In this document: one piece after another, positions 1-9,609 of the stretch
How positions within the stretch are numbered: position 1 is the stretch's first letter
How the letters are laid out: each line of letters opens with the position of its first letter
Made by a program: the position numbers and the translations under genes
The notes under the pieces: generated by a model
Seen by the model: only the letters and a program-made list of their open reading frames with translations
Told to the model about the DNA's origin: nothing
Databases searched by the model: none
Assembly: GCA_044344255.1 (NCBI GenBank)
Contig: JBIJDH010000024.1
Location: 1-64,000 of the forward strand
Reading direction: 5' to 3'
DNA length: 64,000 nucleotides
Origin: Myxococcota bacterium
GTDB taxonomy: Bacteria > Myxococcota_A > UBA796 > UBA2385

Positions 1-40
1 GGTCTGGCAGGTTGTCGAAGTGCTCCAGCAGCGTCGCCAT
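1..40 (-). CDS. ISAs1-family transposase, N-terminal fragment (partial)
   Basis: ATG at 40 with GGAGG upstream. Translation MATLLEHFDNLPD is cut by the window edge. Confidence 0.7.
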   Translation of the reverse strand, partial: MATLLEHFDNLPD

Positions 41-126
41 AGCGACCTCCGAGGCCGCGGCAGATGCCCGGCGGTAAGAGATCAACCCATGCTAACCTCT
101 TGCCCCGTCAAGATGCGATTGCCCTG
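1..126 (-). mobile_element. Left end of an ISAs1-family insertion sequence (runs off the window)
   Basis: The minus strand begins CAGGGCAATCGCATC (112..126), which resembles ISAs1-type terminal repeats. It is followed by RBS GGAGG and an ATG at 40 encoding MATLLEHFDNLPD, which matches the ISAs1 transposase N-terminal pattern (LxxHFxxLxDPR). Confidence 0.75.
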
Positions 127-395
127 CGGTCACACCCACCGCACACGTCGCGTCAACGCTCATGGTGAAGGGGAAACGGCATCATAATGATGGGAACGCC
201 GCGGTGTGTTCTCCGTGCTCGGCCGCCCAGATAAGACACGCAGTCGTTTCAACCTGACGGGTGACAGCATCCTTCTGATTGGAAATTGGCAAGCTCTTCC
301 CGTTCATGATACGGCTATGTCTGGTTGACCACCCAGGTTCGCTCTGTAGGCCTGTCGTCGGGCCTCTCCCCTTAGCGTCTCTGTAAAGGAGCGAT

Positions 396-2066
<1,671 letters not shown>

Positions 2067-2081
2067 GGGCTCCCCGGAGGC

Positions 2082-3062
2082 TCACAGGGCTCCGTCGAGG
2101 CGGCGCCCCACCCGCGGCGGCGCGCGCCCCAGCAGCAGGTCGGCGACGGCGGCCGAGATCGGCAGCCCCGCGTGTCGCTCGACGTGGTCGAAGAAGGAGA
2201 CGCTGTTCACCTCGAGGAAGACCCAGCGACCGTCCGGCGTGTGGATGAGGTCGACGGTGGCGAAGTTGAGCCCCATCTGATCGAGCAGGCGGAAGATGCG
2301 CACGAGGACGGCCTCCGGCAGGCCCTGAAAGGGGCGCACCGACGCCACGGCCTCTGGGCTGCCTCGCCAGTCGATGAGCTCCCCTGGCCGGAGCGCGGCC
2401 ACGAAGGCCTGTCGCCCAACGACGGTGATGCGCAGCTCCTCCTCGTTGAGCACCCGCTCCTGGAAGCACATCGGGCTGAGGGAGAGGCCCTGGGGGTCTG
2501 CGATCTCCTCGGGGCTGAGCAGGCTCGTGAGCAGCGGCCGCCCGTCCGCTTGCGAGATCCCCGAATTCTCGACGAGCTTGCAGACGACGCCGGTGGGGCA
2601 GGTGGCGGCGAAACGCTGGAGCGCCGCGGGGTCGTTCGTGATCAGGGTGCGGGGCACGGTGAGGCCCAAGGCGTGGGCCATCGCCACCACCCGCGGCTTC
2701 TGGTAGACGCTCAGCAGGGCCTCGGGCGGATCGAGCTGGAACAGCGTCGAGCAGCCGATCAGCGACCAGAGCGCGGCGTCCGCCTGGGCGCGGCAGGTGG
2801 CCCGGTGGTCGTCCGGGAGGTCGTCGGGCAGGCTGCGGCCGGTCTCGACGTGGCGGATCCAGATCGAGCCCACCCCGTCGAGCAGCCCGTCGCCGAGCGC
2901 GGTGGGCGGGGGCGCCTCACCAATGCCCAGGCTGAGGGAGAGCTCCGCGGGGAGGCGCCCCGTGTCGAGCACCCGGAGCTCGGCCCCCCGCTCGGCGAGG
3001 CGCGCCGCCACGAGGGGGAAGCTGGGGTCATCCACCTTGGCGCTGAGCGCGAGCACCTTCAT
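2082..3062 (-). CDS. MvdC/MvdD-like ATP-grasp peptide ligase (graspetide synthase type)
   Basis: ATG at 3062 with GAGG RBS. N-terminus VLALSAKVDDPSFPLV..LDTGRLP, then VPRTLITNDP, PMCFQE, ELRITVVG, IDWR, DLIHTPDGRWVFLEVN and GLPISAAVADLL, following the MvdD pattern throughout. Confidence 0.8.
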   Translation of the reverse strand: MKVLALSAKVDDPSFPLVAARLAERGAELRVLDTGRLPAELSLSLGIGEAPPPTALGDGLLDGVGSIWIRHVETGRSLPDDLPDDHRATCRAQADAALWSLIGCSTLFQLDPPEALLSVYQKPRVVAMAHALGLTVPRTLITNDPAALQRFAATCPTGVVCKLVENSGISQADGRPLLTSLLSPEEIADPQGLSLSPMCFQERVLNEEELRITVVGRQAFVAALRPGELIDWRGSPEAVASVRPFQGLPEAVLVRIFRLLDQMGLNFATVDLIHTPDGRWVFLEVNSVSFFDHVERHAGLPISAAVADLLLGRAPPRVGRRLDGAL

Positions 3063-3169
3063 GACGGCGTCCTCGGGGCAGGCCCAGAGGCTAACGCCAC
3101 CCCGCGGCGCAGGGCGGGGTAGGGCAAGCCCGTCGGCGGTCACCCCTGCGCCCGCCCCGAGGTCCGCCC

Positions 3170-4774
3170 GTGTGCGCCGCCCAGGACATCCTCCTCACCA
3201 CGCTGAACGCGAAGTACGCCCACAGCGCCTTCGGCCTCCGCTGCCTGCTGGCCAACATGGGGGAGCTCCGGGAGCGCACGATCCTGCGCGAGTGGGAGGC
3301 CTCCGCCCGGACCATTGACCTCCTCGAGGCCATCCTCAACCTCGAGCCGCGCATCGTCGGCTTCGGCGTCTACATCTGGAACGTGGCCCCGCTCACCGCC
3401 CTCGTGGCCGACCTGAAGGCCCTCCGCCCCGGCATCATCGTGGTGCTCGGCGGGCCCGAGGTCAGCCACGAGGCGGACGGCCAGCCGATCGTCGCCCTGG
3501 CCGACCACGTGATCCAAGGGGAAGGAGACCTCGCCTTCGCCGCGCTCTGCCGGGCCCTGCTGCGAGAGCCGGGAGAGCTGGGAGAGGGGGAGCCCGTCGA
3601 GCGGCCGCCAAAGATCATCGCCGCCCCCCTGCCCGACCTCACCCGCCTCGCCTCGCCCTACGGCGAGTACACCGACGAGGACGTGGCCCAGCGCGTCATC
3701 TACGCCGAGGCCTCCCGCGGCTGCCCCTTCCTGTGTGAGTTCTGCCTCTCCTCCCTCGACCGCCTCGTGCGCGCCGCCCCGATCGAGGCCTTCCTCGCCG
3801 AGCTCGACCAGCTCTACTCGCGCGGCGCCCGGCAGATCAAGCTGGTAGACCGCACCTTCAACCTCCACATCGAGGCGAGCCGACAGATCCTCACCTTCCT
3901 GCTCGAGCGGGCCCAAGGGGGCCTCTTCAGCCACCTCGAGGTCGTGCCCGACCGCCTGCCCGAGCCCCTGCGCGAGCTCCTGCGCCGCTTCCCACCGGGC
4001 ACCCTCCAGGTCGAGGTGGGCATCCAGACCCTCGACCCCGTCGTCTCCGCGCGCATCTCTCGCCGCCTCGATCGCGCGAAGATAGCCGAGAACCTCCGCT
4101 TCTTACGCGAGGAGACGAACGTTCACGTCCACGCTGACCTCATCATCGGCCTCCCCGGCGAGGGCCTGGACAGCTTCGGCGCGGGCTTTGACACGCTCTA
4201 CGCGATGCGCCCCCAAGAGATCCAGGTCGGCCTCCTCAAGCGGCTCCGCGGCACCCCGATCATCCGCCACGACCGCGAATTCGGCATGGTCTACAGCCAG
4301 AGCCCGCCCTATGAGATCCTGGAGACCGCCGCCCTCCCCGCCCCCACCCTGTCCCGCCTCAAGCGCTTCGCCCGCTACTGGGAGCTCGTGGCCAACAGCG
4401 GGAACTTCGTCGGCACCCTCCCGCTCCTCCTCGGAGACCGCCCCTTTCAGAATTTCCTCGACTGGAGCGACTGGCTCTGGGCCCGCACCGGACAGACCCA
4501 CCAGCTCAGCCTCCCCCGCCTCGGCCAGCTCCTCCACGCGCACCTCATCGATCGAGGCGACACCGCCGGGGCGAACACCACAGCGGGGGCGAGCGTCGCC
4601 GCGGCACTCTGGGACGACTGGCTGCGCCCGGGGCGCCATGACGTGCCGGGCTGGCTGCGGGAGCTGCTGCCGGACCGGCCGCTCCCCAGCCGCCGGGAGG
4701 CCTTGGGCGCGGGGCCCCGGCGGCAGGCTCGGCACCAGGCGGGAGGCGGGGTCAGTCCACCCGCGTCGCCGTGA
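3170..4774 (+). CDS. B12-binding radical SAM protein (DUF4080-type)
   Basis: N-terminal LNAKYAHS / GVYIWN / LGGPEVS cobalamin-binding domain. SRGCPFLCEFC (CxxxCxxC), VDRTFN, HADLIIGLPGE. Confidence 0.88.
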   Translation: MCAAQDILLTTLNAKYAHSAFGLRCLLANMGELRERTILREWEASARTIDLLEAILNLEPRIVGFGVYIWNVAPLTALVADLKALRPGIIVVLGGPEVSHEADGQPIVALADHVIQGEGDLAFAALCRALLREPGELGEGEPVERPPKIIAAPLPDLTRLASPYGEYTDEDVAQRVIYAEASRGCPFLCEFCLSSLDRLVRAAPIEAFLAELDQLYSRGARQIKLVDRTFNLHIEASRQILTFLLERAQGGLFSHLEVVPDRLPEPLRELLRRFPPGTLQVEVGIQTLDPVVSARISRRLDRAKIAENLRFLREETNVHVHADLIIGLPGEGLDSFGAGFDTLYAMRPQEIQVGLLKRLRGTPIIRHDREFGMVYSQSPPYEILETAALPAPTLSRLKRFARYWELVANSGNFVGTLPLLLGDRPFQNFLDWSDWLWARTGQTHQLSLPRLGQLLHAHLIDRGDTAGANTTAGASVAAALWDDWLRPGRHDVPGWLRELLPDRPLPSRREALGAGPRRQARHQAGGGVSPPASP

Positions 4775-5348
4775 ACGTGGCCTCGATGCGCAGGGGGCCG
4801 TCGACCTGGAGGCCGCCCACCGTGCAGCCCTCCGTGTAGTCCCAGCCCACGTCGCCGTCCTCAATGCCGGCCTCGGTGAAGAGGCCGGTCACGCGCCCGA
4901 GGGCCGGCGGCTCGCCGCAGCGGGTGTCGGCGCCGGCGAAGGCCTCGAAGGCGCCGTCCTCCTGCACATAGCCGGGCAGGCGCTCGCCCTCGGTGCCCAC
5001 CTCGGGGTCTCGGTTGACGATGTCGATGTACGCCTGCACCTCGGCGGTGGGCTGCTCGATCTCCACCGCCCCCCACAGGGCCTCCTCCGGGCAGAGGCGG
5101 TCGGCCTCCTCACAGAGCACGTCAAAGACCAGCACGCCCTCGGAGAGCTCCACCGCCTCGGCGCTCCCGGGCTCCACGCGGGCGACCACCGCGCCGTCTT
5201 CATAGATCGTCCAGGCGCTGTCGTAGTCGACTGAATATTGCCCGGTCACGTCCCCCGCGCCCTTCAAGGGCAAGCAGCCTGCCGTGAGGCCGAGCAGGAG
5301 CGCGGAGACGAAGCCGAGGGGGAGCCTGGGGGTGCAAGAGATGGACAC
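4752..5348 (-). CDS. Hypothetical lipoprotein
   Basis: Hydrophobic stretch and lipobox LTAGC, acidic beta-rich mature part. GTG start at 5348 inferred. Confidence 0.6.
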   Translation of the reverse strand: MSISCTPRLPLGFVSALLLGLTAGCLPLKGAGDVTGQYSVDYDSAWTIYEDGAVVARVEPGSAEAVELSEGVLVFDVLCEEADRLCPEEALWGAVEIEQPTAEVQAYIDIVNRDPEVGTEGERLPGYVQEDGAFEAFAGADTRCGEPPALGRVTGLFTEAGIEDGDVGWDYTEGCTVGGLQVDGPLRIEATFTATRVD

Positions 5349-5430
5349 AGGGCCTCCGAAGCCGAGGTTCGGCAGGCCCTCAATCGGTGGCGCTGCCGTC
5401 TCCGAGCGACGCCCGGGCCCTGCGGCCCAT

Positions 5431-6111
5431 TCAACGCCGCCGCGGCCTCGGCGCCTCACCCTCGGGGCGCACGATGCCCCGGAGGTTCGTGTCCCGGGCC
5501 CGCTGGATCATCGTGCGCATCACCTTTCGGAGCTCCACCCGCACGGCGGGGGGCTCGCCCCAGGCCTGCAGCACCTCGGCCACGGCCTCCAGCGTCGAGA
5601 GGGCCTCGCGCCGGGGCTCCTTTCGCATCTGGCCGTAGATCGAGGGCTCACGCGGGTGCAGCACCACGCGCTGGAGCTTCAAGAACCAGGGGTTCCGCCA
5701 CCAGATGGCCTTGCCCTGGCTCCAGGTGCCGTCGAGCACCACGATGCCGTCGAGCGGCTCGGTCACGGGCCCGCCAACCGGGTTCATCACGACCACTGGG
5801 GCCGCCTTGTCCGCCTCCGTGAGCTCGCGGGGCAGGCTGGCCGGGTAGAGCACCCCCCAGCGCCGAGGGTCCGCCTCCTCGCCGAGGGCCTGGCTGAGCG
5901 AGCCCCAGGAGAGGCCCACCACCACCTGCGCCGCGGGCAGCATCAGCTCGAGGAGCCGCGCCGTGCCGAGGTCGATGTCGGGCTCCTGGGGGTGCTGGAG
6001 CACGAGCACCCGCGCCCGCGTCTGCAGGGGCGGCGAGATGGCCGCGATGCGGTCACAGACGCAGATGGTCGCGGGCTTGAGGCAGGTCGGGCAGGCGGGG
6101 AGGGTGCTCAT
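5431..6111 (-). CDS. DTW-domain tRNA-uridine aminocarboxypropyltransferase (TapT/YfiP family)
   Basis: CPTCLKP..CVC, LQHPQE, LYP, VLDGTWSQ and LSTLEA are DTW family motifs. ATG at 6111. Confidence 0.88.
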   Translation of the reverse strand: MSTLPACPTCLKPATICVCDRIAAISPPLQTRARVLVLQHPQEPDIDLGTARLLELMLPAAQVVVGLSWGSLSQALGEEADPRRWGVLYPASLPRELTEADKAAPVVVMNPVGGPVTEPLDGIVVLDGTWSQGKAIWWRNPWFLKLQRVVLHPREPSIYGQMRKEPRREALSTLEAVAEVLQAWGEPPAVRVELRKVMRTMIQRARDTNLRGIVRPEGEAPRPRRR

Positions 6112-6309
6112 CGGGCGGTCGTAGCGCCCTTGGGCCGGGGGCGCACCTCTTGGGGGGGCCGGCTTCGGTGTCGAGCCTGCAGAGTCAGCGCTGGGGCCGG
6201 GGCGGCTCCGCCCGCCGGCGATGCGGTGGTACGATGGTGGTTCGATGCCTCGTCCTCGCCCCAACAGCCACCAGGAAGACCCTGCGGAGCCTCGCAGACG
6301 GAGCTGAAG

Positions 6310-7476
6310 ATGGGCCCCACCTCTCGAACCCTGCTCCTCCTGTCCACTCCTCTCGTTGCCTGTCACCGCGACGACACCTGCCGATCGGTTGATGAGGGGA
6401 AGCGCCGCGCGCCAACCGATCATTTCGAGGTCGTCGGGTCCTGGGAAGGTGGAGCGCCCATCGAGAGCCTCGCTGCAGGCTCCGATGGCACGCTCTTCGC
6501 GAGCTGGGTGGAAGAGGATGTTGAGTCGGGGTGGGATGGCGACACCTATGGCCTCTTCGAATCCGGGTTGTACACTTGGAACTGCAGCGAATGGACCTCG
6601 GAAGCGTGGACGGATCAGGCCCTCTATCACCTGTGGATGGCAGAGGACGGCGTCCTCGTGGCGGCGGGGATGCGGAATGACGACGGGTGGGGGGGCGCGA
6701 TGGGTCAGCGCTCCCCAATCGATCGCGTCTGGAGCTGGTCCGAGCGCCTCTCTTGGTGGCCGCCCGATGACGTCGGCGCGAGGCGCTCCAACGACGTAGT
6801 GGTCGTAGGGGCGCGTCTCCTCGTCCGTTTCCAGGACGGGGAAGTGACAGACCCGAGTGAGTGGGAGCGCTCTGGTTCCTACTTCGACTCCACCTGGGTG
6901 GGCTCGGATGGCATCGCCTGGGCCGCAGGGTACAGCGGCGGCTCGCGCATCAACATCGCCAGCCTCGCCCGTGTCGATGGGTTCGACGTGGAGTATGTCG
7001 ACCTACCCACTCCGGCTGACGAGTGGGACGGGGACTGGAACGACTGGTGGGACGAGCGGTTCTTCTCCATTCGGGGCTCCTCGCCTGACAATATCTGGAT
7101 TACTGGAAGGAGCTCGGGAGAGGAACACCCCGACGGCCTGCCCTTGCTCTTCTCTTATGACGGGGTGAGCTGGACCACGAGAGACCTGCCCATCGAGCTC
7201 TTGGAGTCCGAGCTGGGTGGCGGGGCATGGATGCCGGGCTCGTTGGCGGTGGCCGCTCCAGATGAGGTCTATCTCGAGATGCGAGGCGGTCAGTACAGTG
7301 ACCGTGGCGGTTGGCTGAATTCGATCTCGGCAGTGATTCGCTGGAACGGAGAGGGTTGGACGCTGATGTCGGGAATTCCAACCGACGAGTCCATTCGAGA
7401 GCTCGTGATCGTGCCCGGCGGGGGCGTCGCCGTGGCGGTGGATCACTCGATCCTGCTCGCAGGTGGCGACGGGTAG
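6310..7476 (+). CDS. Hypothetical lipoprotein, probable Trp-rich beta-propeller
   Basis: ATG at 6310 with GGAG upstream, lipobox LVAC. Blade-like motifs GSSPDNIWITG, YDGVSW, RWNGEGW. Codon usage is less GC3-biased than the flanking genes. Confidence 0.65.
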   Translation: MGPTSRTLLLLSTPLVACHRDDTCRSVDEGKRRAPTDHFEVVGSWEGGAPIESLAAGSDGTLFASWVEEDVESGWDGDTYGLFESGLYTWNCSEWTSEAWTDQALYHLWMAEDGVLVAAGMRNDDGWGGAMGQRSPIDRVWSWSERLSWWPPDDVGARRSNDVVVVGARLLVRFQDGEVTDPSEWERSGSYFDSTWVGSDGIAWAAGYSGGSRINIASLARVDGFDVEYVDLPTPADEWDGDWNDWWDERFFSIRGSSPDNIWITGRSSGEEHPDGLPLLFSYDGVSWTTRDLPIELLESELGGGAWMPGSLAVAAPDEVYLEMRGGQYSDRGGWLNSISAVIRWNGEGWTLMSGIPTDESIRELVIVPGGGVAVAVDHSILLAGGDG

Positions 7477-7713
7477 GCCCGGGAGCACTTGGGAGAGCGG
7501 GACTTCATGGAGCCGCCCGCCACTCGGCGTTCTCGCCAATCTGGTGCCAAATTCCAGATGTGCCGAACGTGGGGGGCTCAAGTGAGCGGGCTCGTCGTGT
7601 GTCGCGGCCTCCGGGAGCTTACCCTTTCGACTGAGCTCGAGGTCAAGGAAGGCGAGGCGAGGAAGGCGAGGCTGCATGGCCGCGGAGTGTACACGGTGGA
7701 AGGGGTGGCACCC

Positions 7714-9459
7714 TCAGGGCGCGTCGCTCACCTGTCCATCGCTGTCGTTGCCCCAGCAGGTGACCGCGCCCTCTTCGTCGAGCGCACAGGTGTGATGGCC
7801 CATGCCGTGAATGGAGACGAAGGTGCCCGCGGGCGCATCGCTCACCTGCCCCATGTCGTCGCGGCCCCAACAGGTGACGCTGCCCGCGGTGGTGATGGCG
7901 CAGGAGTGATTGGAGCCCGCAGAGACGGCGGTGAACTGCCCCGGAGGGGCCTGAGTGACCTGCCCGTAATCCTGGAAGCTCGACCCATCGTCTACCCCCC
8001 AGCACGCGAGGTCGTCGGCGGTCGTGATCGTACAGAAGTGAGCGGCACCGGCGGCCACCGCTTGGACGCTGCTCGAGGGCATATCGCCGAGCAGATCGTA
8101 AGAGTCCGCTCCCCAGCAGGAGAGCGCCTTCGCGGTGGTGATGCCGCACGCGGTCTGGTTTCCAACCGCGATCTCCGCGAAATTTAGGTCCGGCGGGGTC
8201 TTGTCGAGGCCGTAGGCCGTGCCATATCCCCAACAGCTCGCCTCGCCGCCGCTGTCCAGGGCACAAGCGGCGTTGCTACCGGCCGCGACCCGAGTGTAGC
8301 TGCCAGCCGGGGTCTCCGAAACTACGCCGAGATCATCGTACCCCCAACAGGTCACCGTTCGAGAGCTGCTGAGCGCACAATTGAAGCTGGAGCCCGCGCT
8401 GACAGACGAGAATGTGCCGCTCGGCGCGTCGCTCACCTGGTGTTCGCTGTCGTCGCCCCAACACTCCACCTCGCCGCTGGCCTGGATGCCGCAGGTGTGC
8501 GAGTGGCCGCCCGATACGACCAGGTACGGGTGCAAGTCCTCCCCGTCGCAGTCCTGATCCCGGCCGTCGTCGGGCTCCTCGACCGCGCCGGGCCAGGTGT
8601 CTTCGTCTTCGTCGTCGCAGTCATCTCCCCCGTAGCGGTCGCTGTCGTAGCCGTCCTGATCGGCGTCGTAGTCACTCTCCCCATCACAGTTCTGGTCCTC
8701 ACCGTCGTACCAGCGCTCCGAAGCGGAGGGGCGGACGTCCTCGTCCCGGTCATCGCAGTCGGCGCCACCGTAATGGTCGCTGTCGTAGCCGTCCTGGTCT
8801 GCGTCGTAGTCGCTCTCCCCGTCACAGTTCGTGTCTGCGCCGTCGTACCACTCATCATAAGCTCCGGGGTACACCGCGCTGTCCCCGTCGTCGCAGTCCG
8901 TACCCCCGCTGCCGGCGGAGGCGTACCCGTCGCCATCGCCGTCGATACCATCCTCGCCGTCACAGTTGTTGTCGACGTCATCGCCGACATCATCGCCGGC
9001 GCCGGGATGGACCGCCTCCGTGGAGTCGTCACAGTCGCCGTCCGTGGAGCGAAACCCGTCTCCGTCCACGTCACCAAGGCTGTCACCGCTGCCGTCGTCG
9101 CAGGCTCCCTGGACGACCTCTCCATCGTCGGTCAGCATGGCACAGGTGAAACACTCCTCTGTGATCACGGGCCAGGCCGGCTCGGGGCAGGACACGTAGG
9201 CGACACAGGTGAAGCGGCACTCGCCCTCCCCGAAGTTGGCGAAGGCCACGTCTCCCGACGCCTCCGACGCGGAGGCACCCCCAGAGACATCAAAGCCGTC
9301 GCGGGAGGAGCGGTACTCCTCCACCACCGTGCCCGCGGGGCAGGACTGGTCACCGCAAGAAGCAGCGACGCTGGCTGACTTTCCGCCGCACCCGGCGACC
9401 AGACCGAGGAGACCGAAGGCGAAGGCGCTCGAGGGCGAGGCGGGGGAGCGTGGTCGCAT
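7714..9459 (-). CDS. Lipoprotein with 4 DCDD..PGA..DxNCDG metal-binding (MopE-like) repeats and C-terminal RCC1-like repeats
   Basis: Lipobox VAGC. Repeats of DCDDxxxxVxPGA..DxNCDG, then repeated (V)SAGxxHxCA..G.VxCWG units. Confidence 0.85.
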   Translation of the reverse strand: MRPRSPASPSSAFAFGLLGLVAGCGGKSASVAASCGDQSCPAGTVVEEYRSSRDGFDVSGGASASEASGDVAFANFGEGECRFTCVAYVSCPEPAWPVITEECFTCAMLTDDGEVVQGACDDGSGDSLGDVDGDGFRSTDGDCDDSTEAVHPGAGDDVGDDVDNNCDGEDGIDGDGDGYASAGSGGTDCDDGDSAVYPGAYDEWYDGADTNCDGESDYDADQDGYDSDHYGGADCDDRDEDVRPSASERWYDGEDQNCDGESDYDADQDGYDSDRYGGDDCDDEDEDTWPGAVEEPDDGRDQDCDGEDLHPYLVVSGGHSHTCGIQASGEVECWGDDSEHQVSDAPSGTFSSVSAGSSFNCALSSSRTVTCWGYDDLGVVSETPAGSYTRVAAGSNAACALDSGGEASCWGYGTAYGLDKTPPDLNFAEIAVGNQTACGITTAKALSCWGADSYDLLGDMPSSSVQAVAAGAAHFCTITTADDLACWGVDDGSSFQDYGQVTQAPPGQFTAVSAGSNHSCAITTAGSVTCWGRDDMGQVSDAPAGTFVSIHGMGHHTCALDEEGAVTCWGNDSDGQVSDAP

Positions 9460-9609
9460 CGGGGGAGCACTCTCGAGAGGGTAGACGCATTGTGGGGCCG
9501 GGTCACTCCCGGCTGGAGCCGGCCTCCGAAGGGTACTCCTCTGCGGCGGTCCGGGGCAAGCGAGCGAGGACCACGGCGCGACCGGTCCCCGCTGCGCGCA
9601 CGCGGCCCA

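Noticed and set aside
286..302. Sigma-54 promoter (TTGGCAAGCTCTTCCCG)
   Set aside because: It has the -24 GG but lacks the -12 GC at the required spacing.
6200..6270. tRNA-like sequence (GGTTCGATGCC)
   Set aside because: The T-stem does not pair and no cloverleaf can be built.
5284..6309. N-terminal extension of the 5284..7476 ORF
   Set aside because: It overlaps the DTW gene antisense. The RBS and lipoprotein signal start at 6310.
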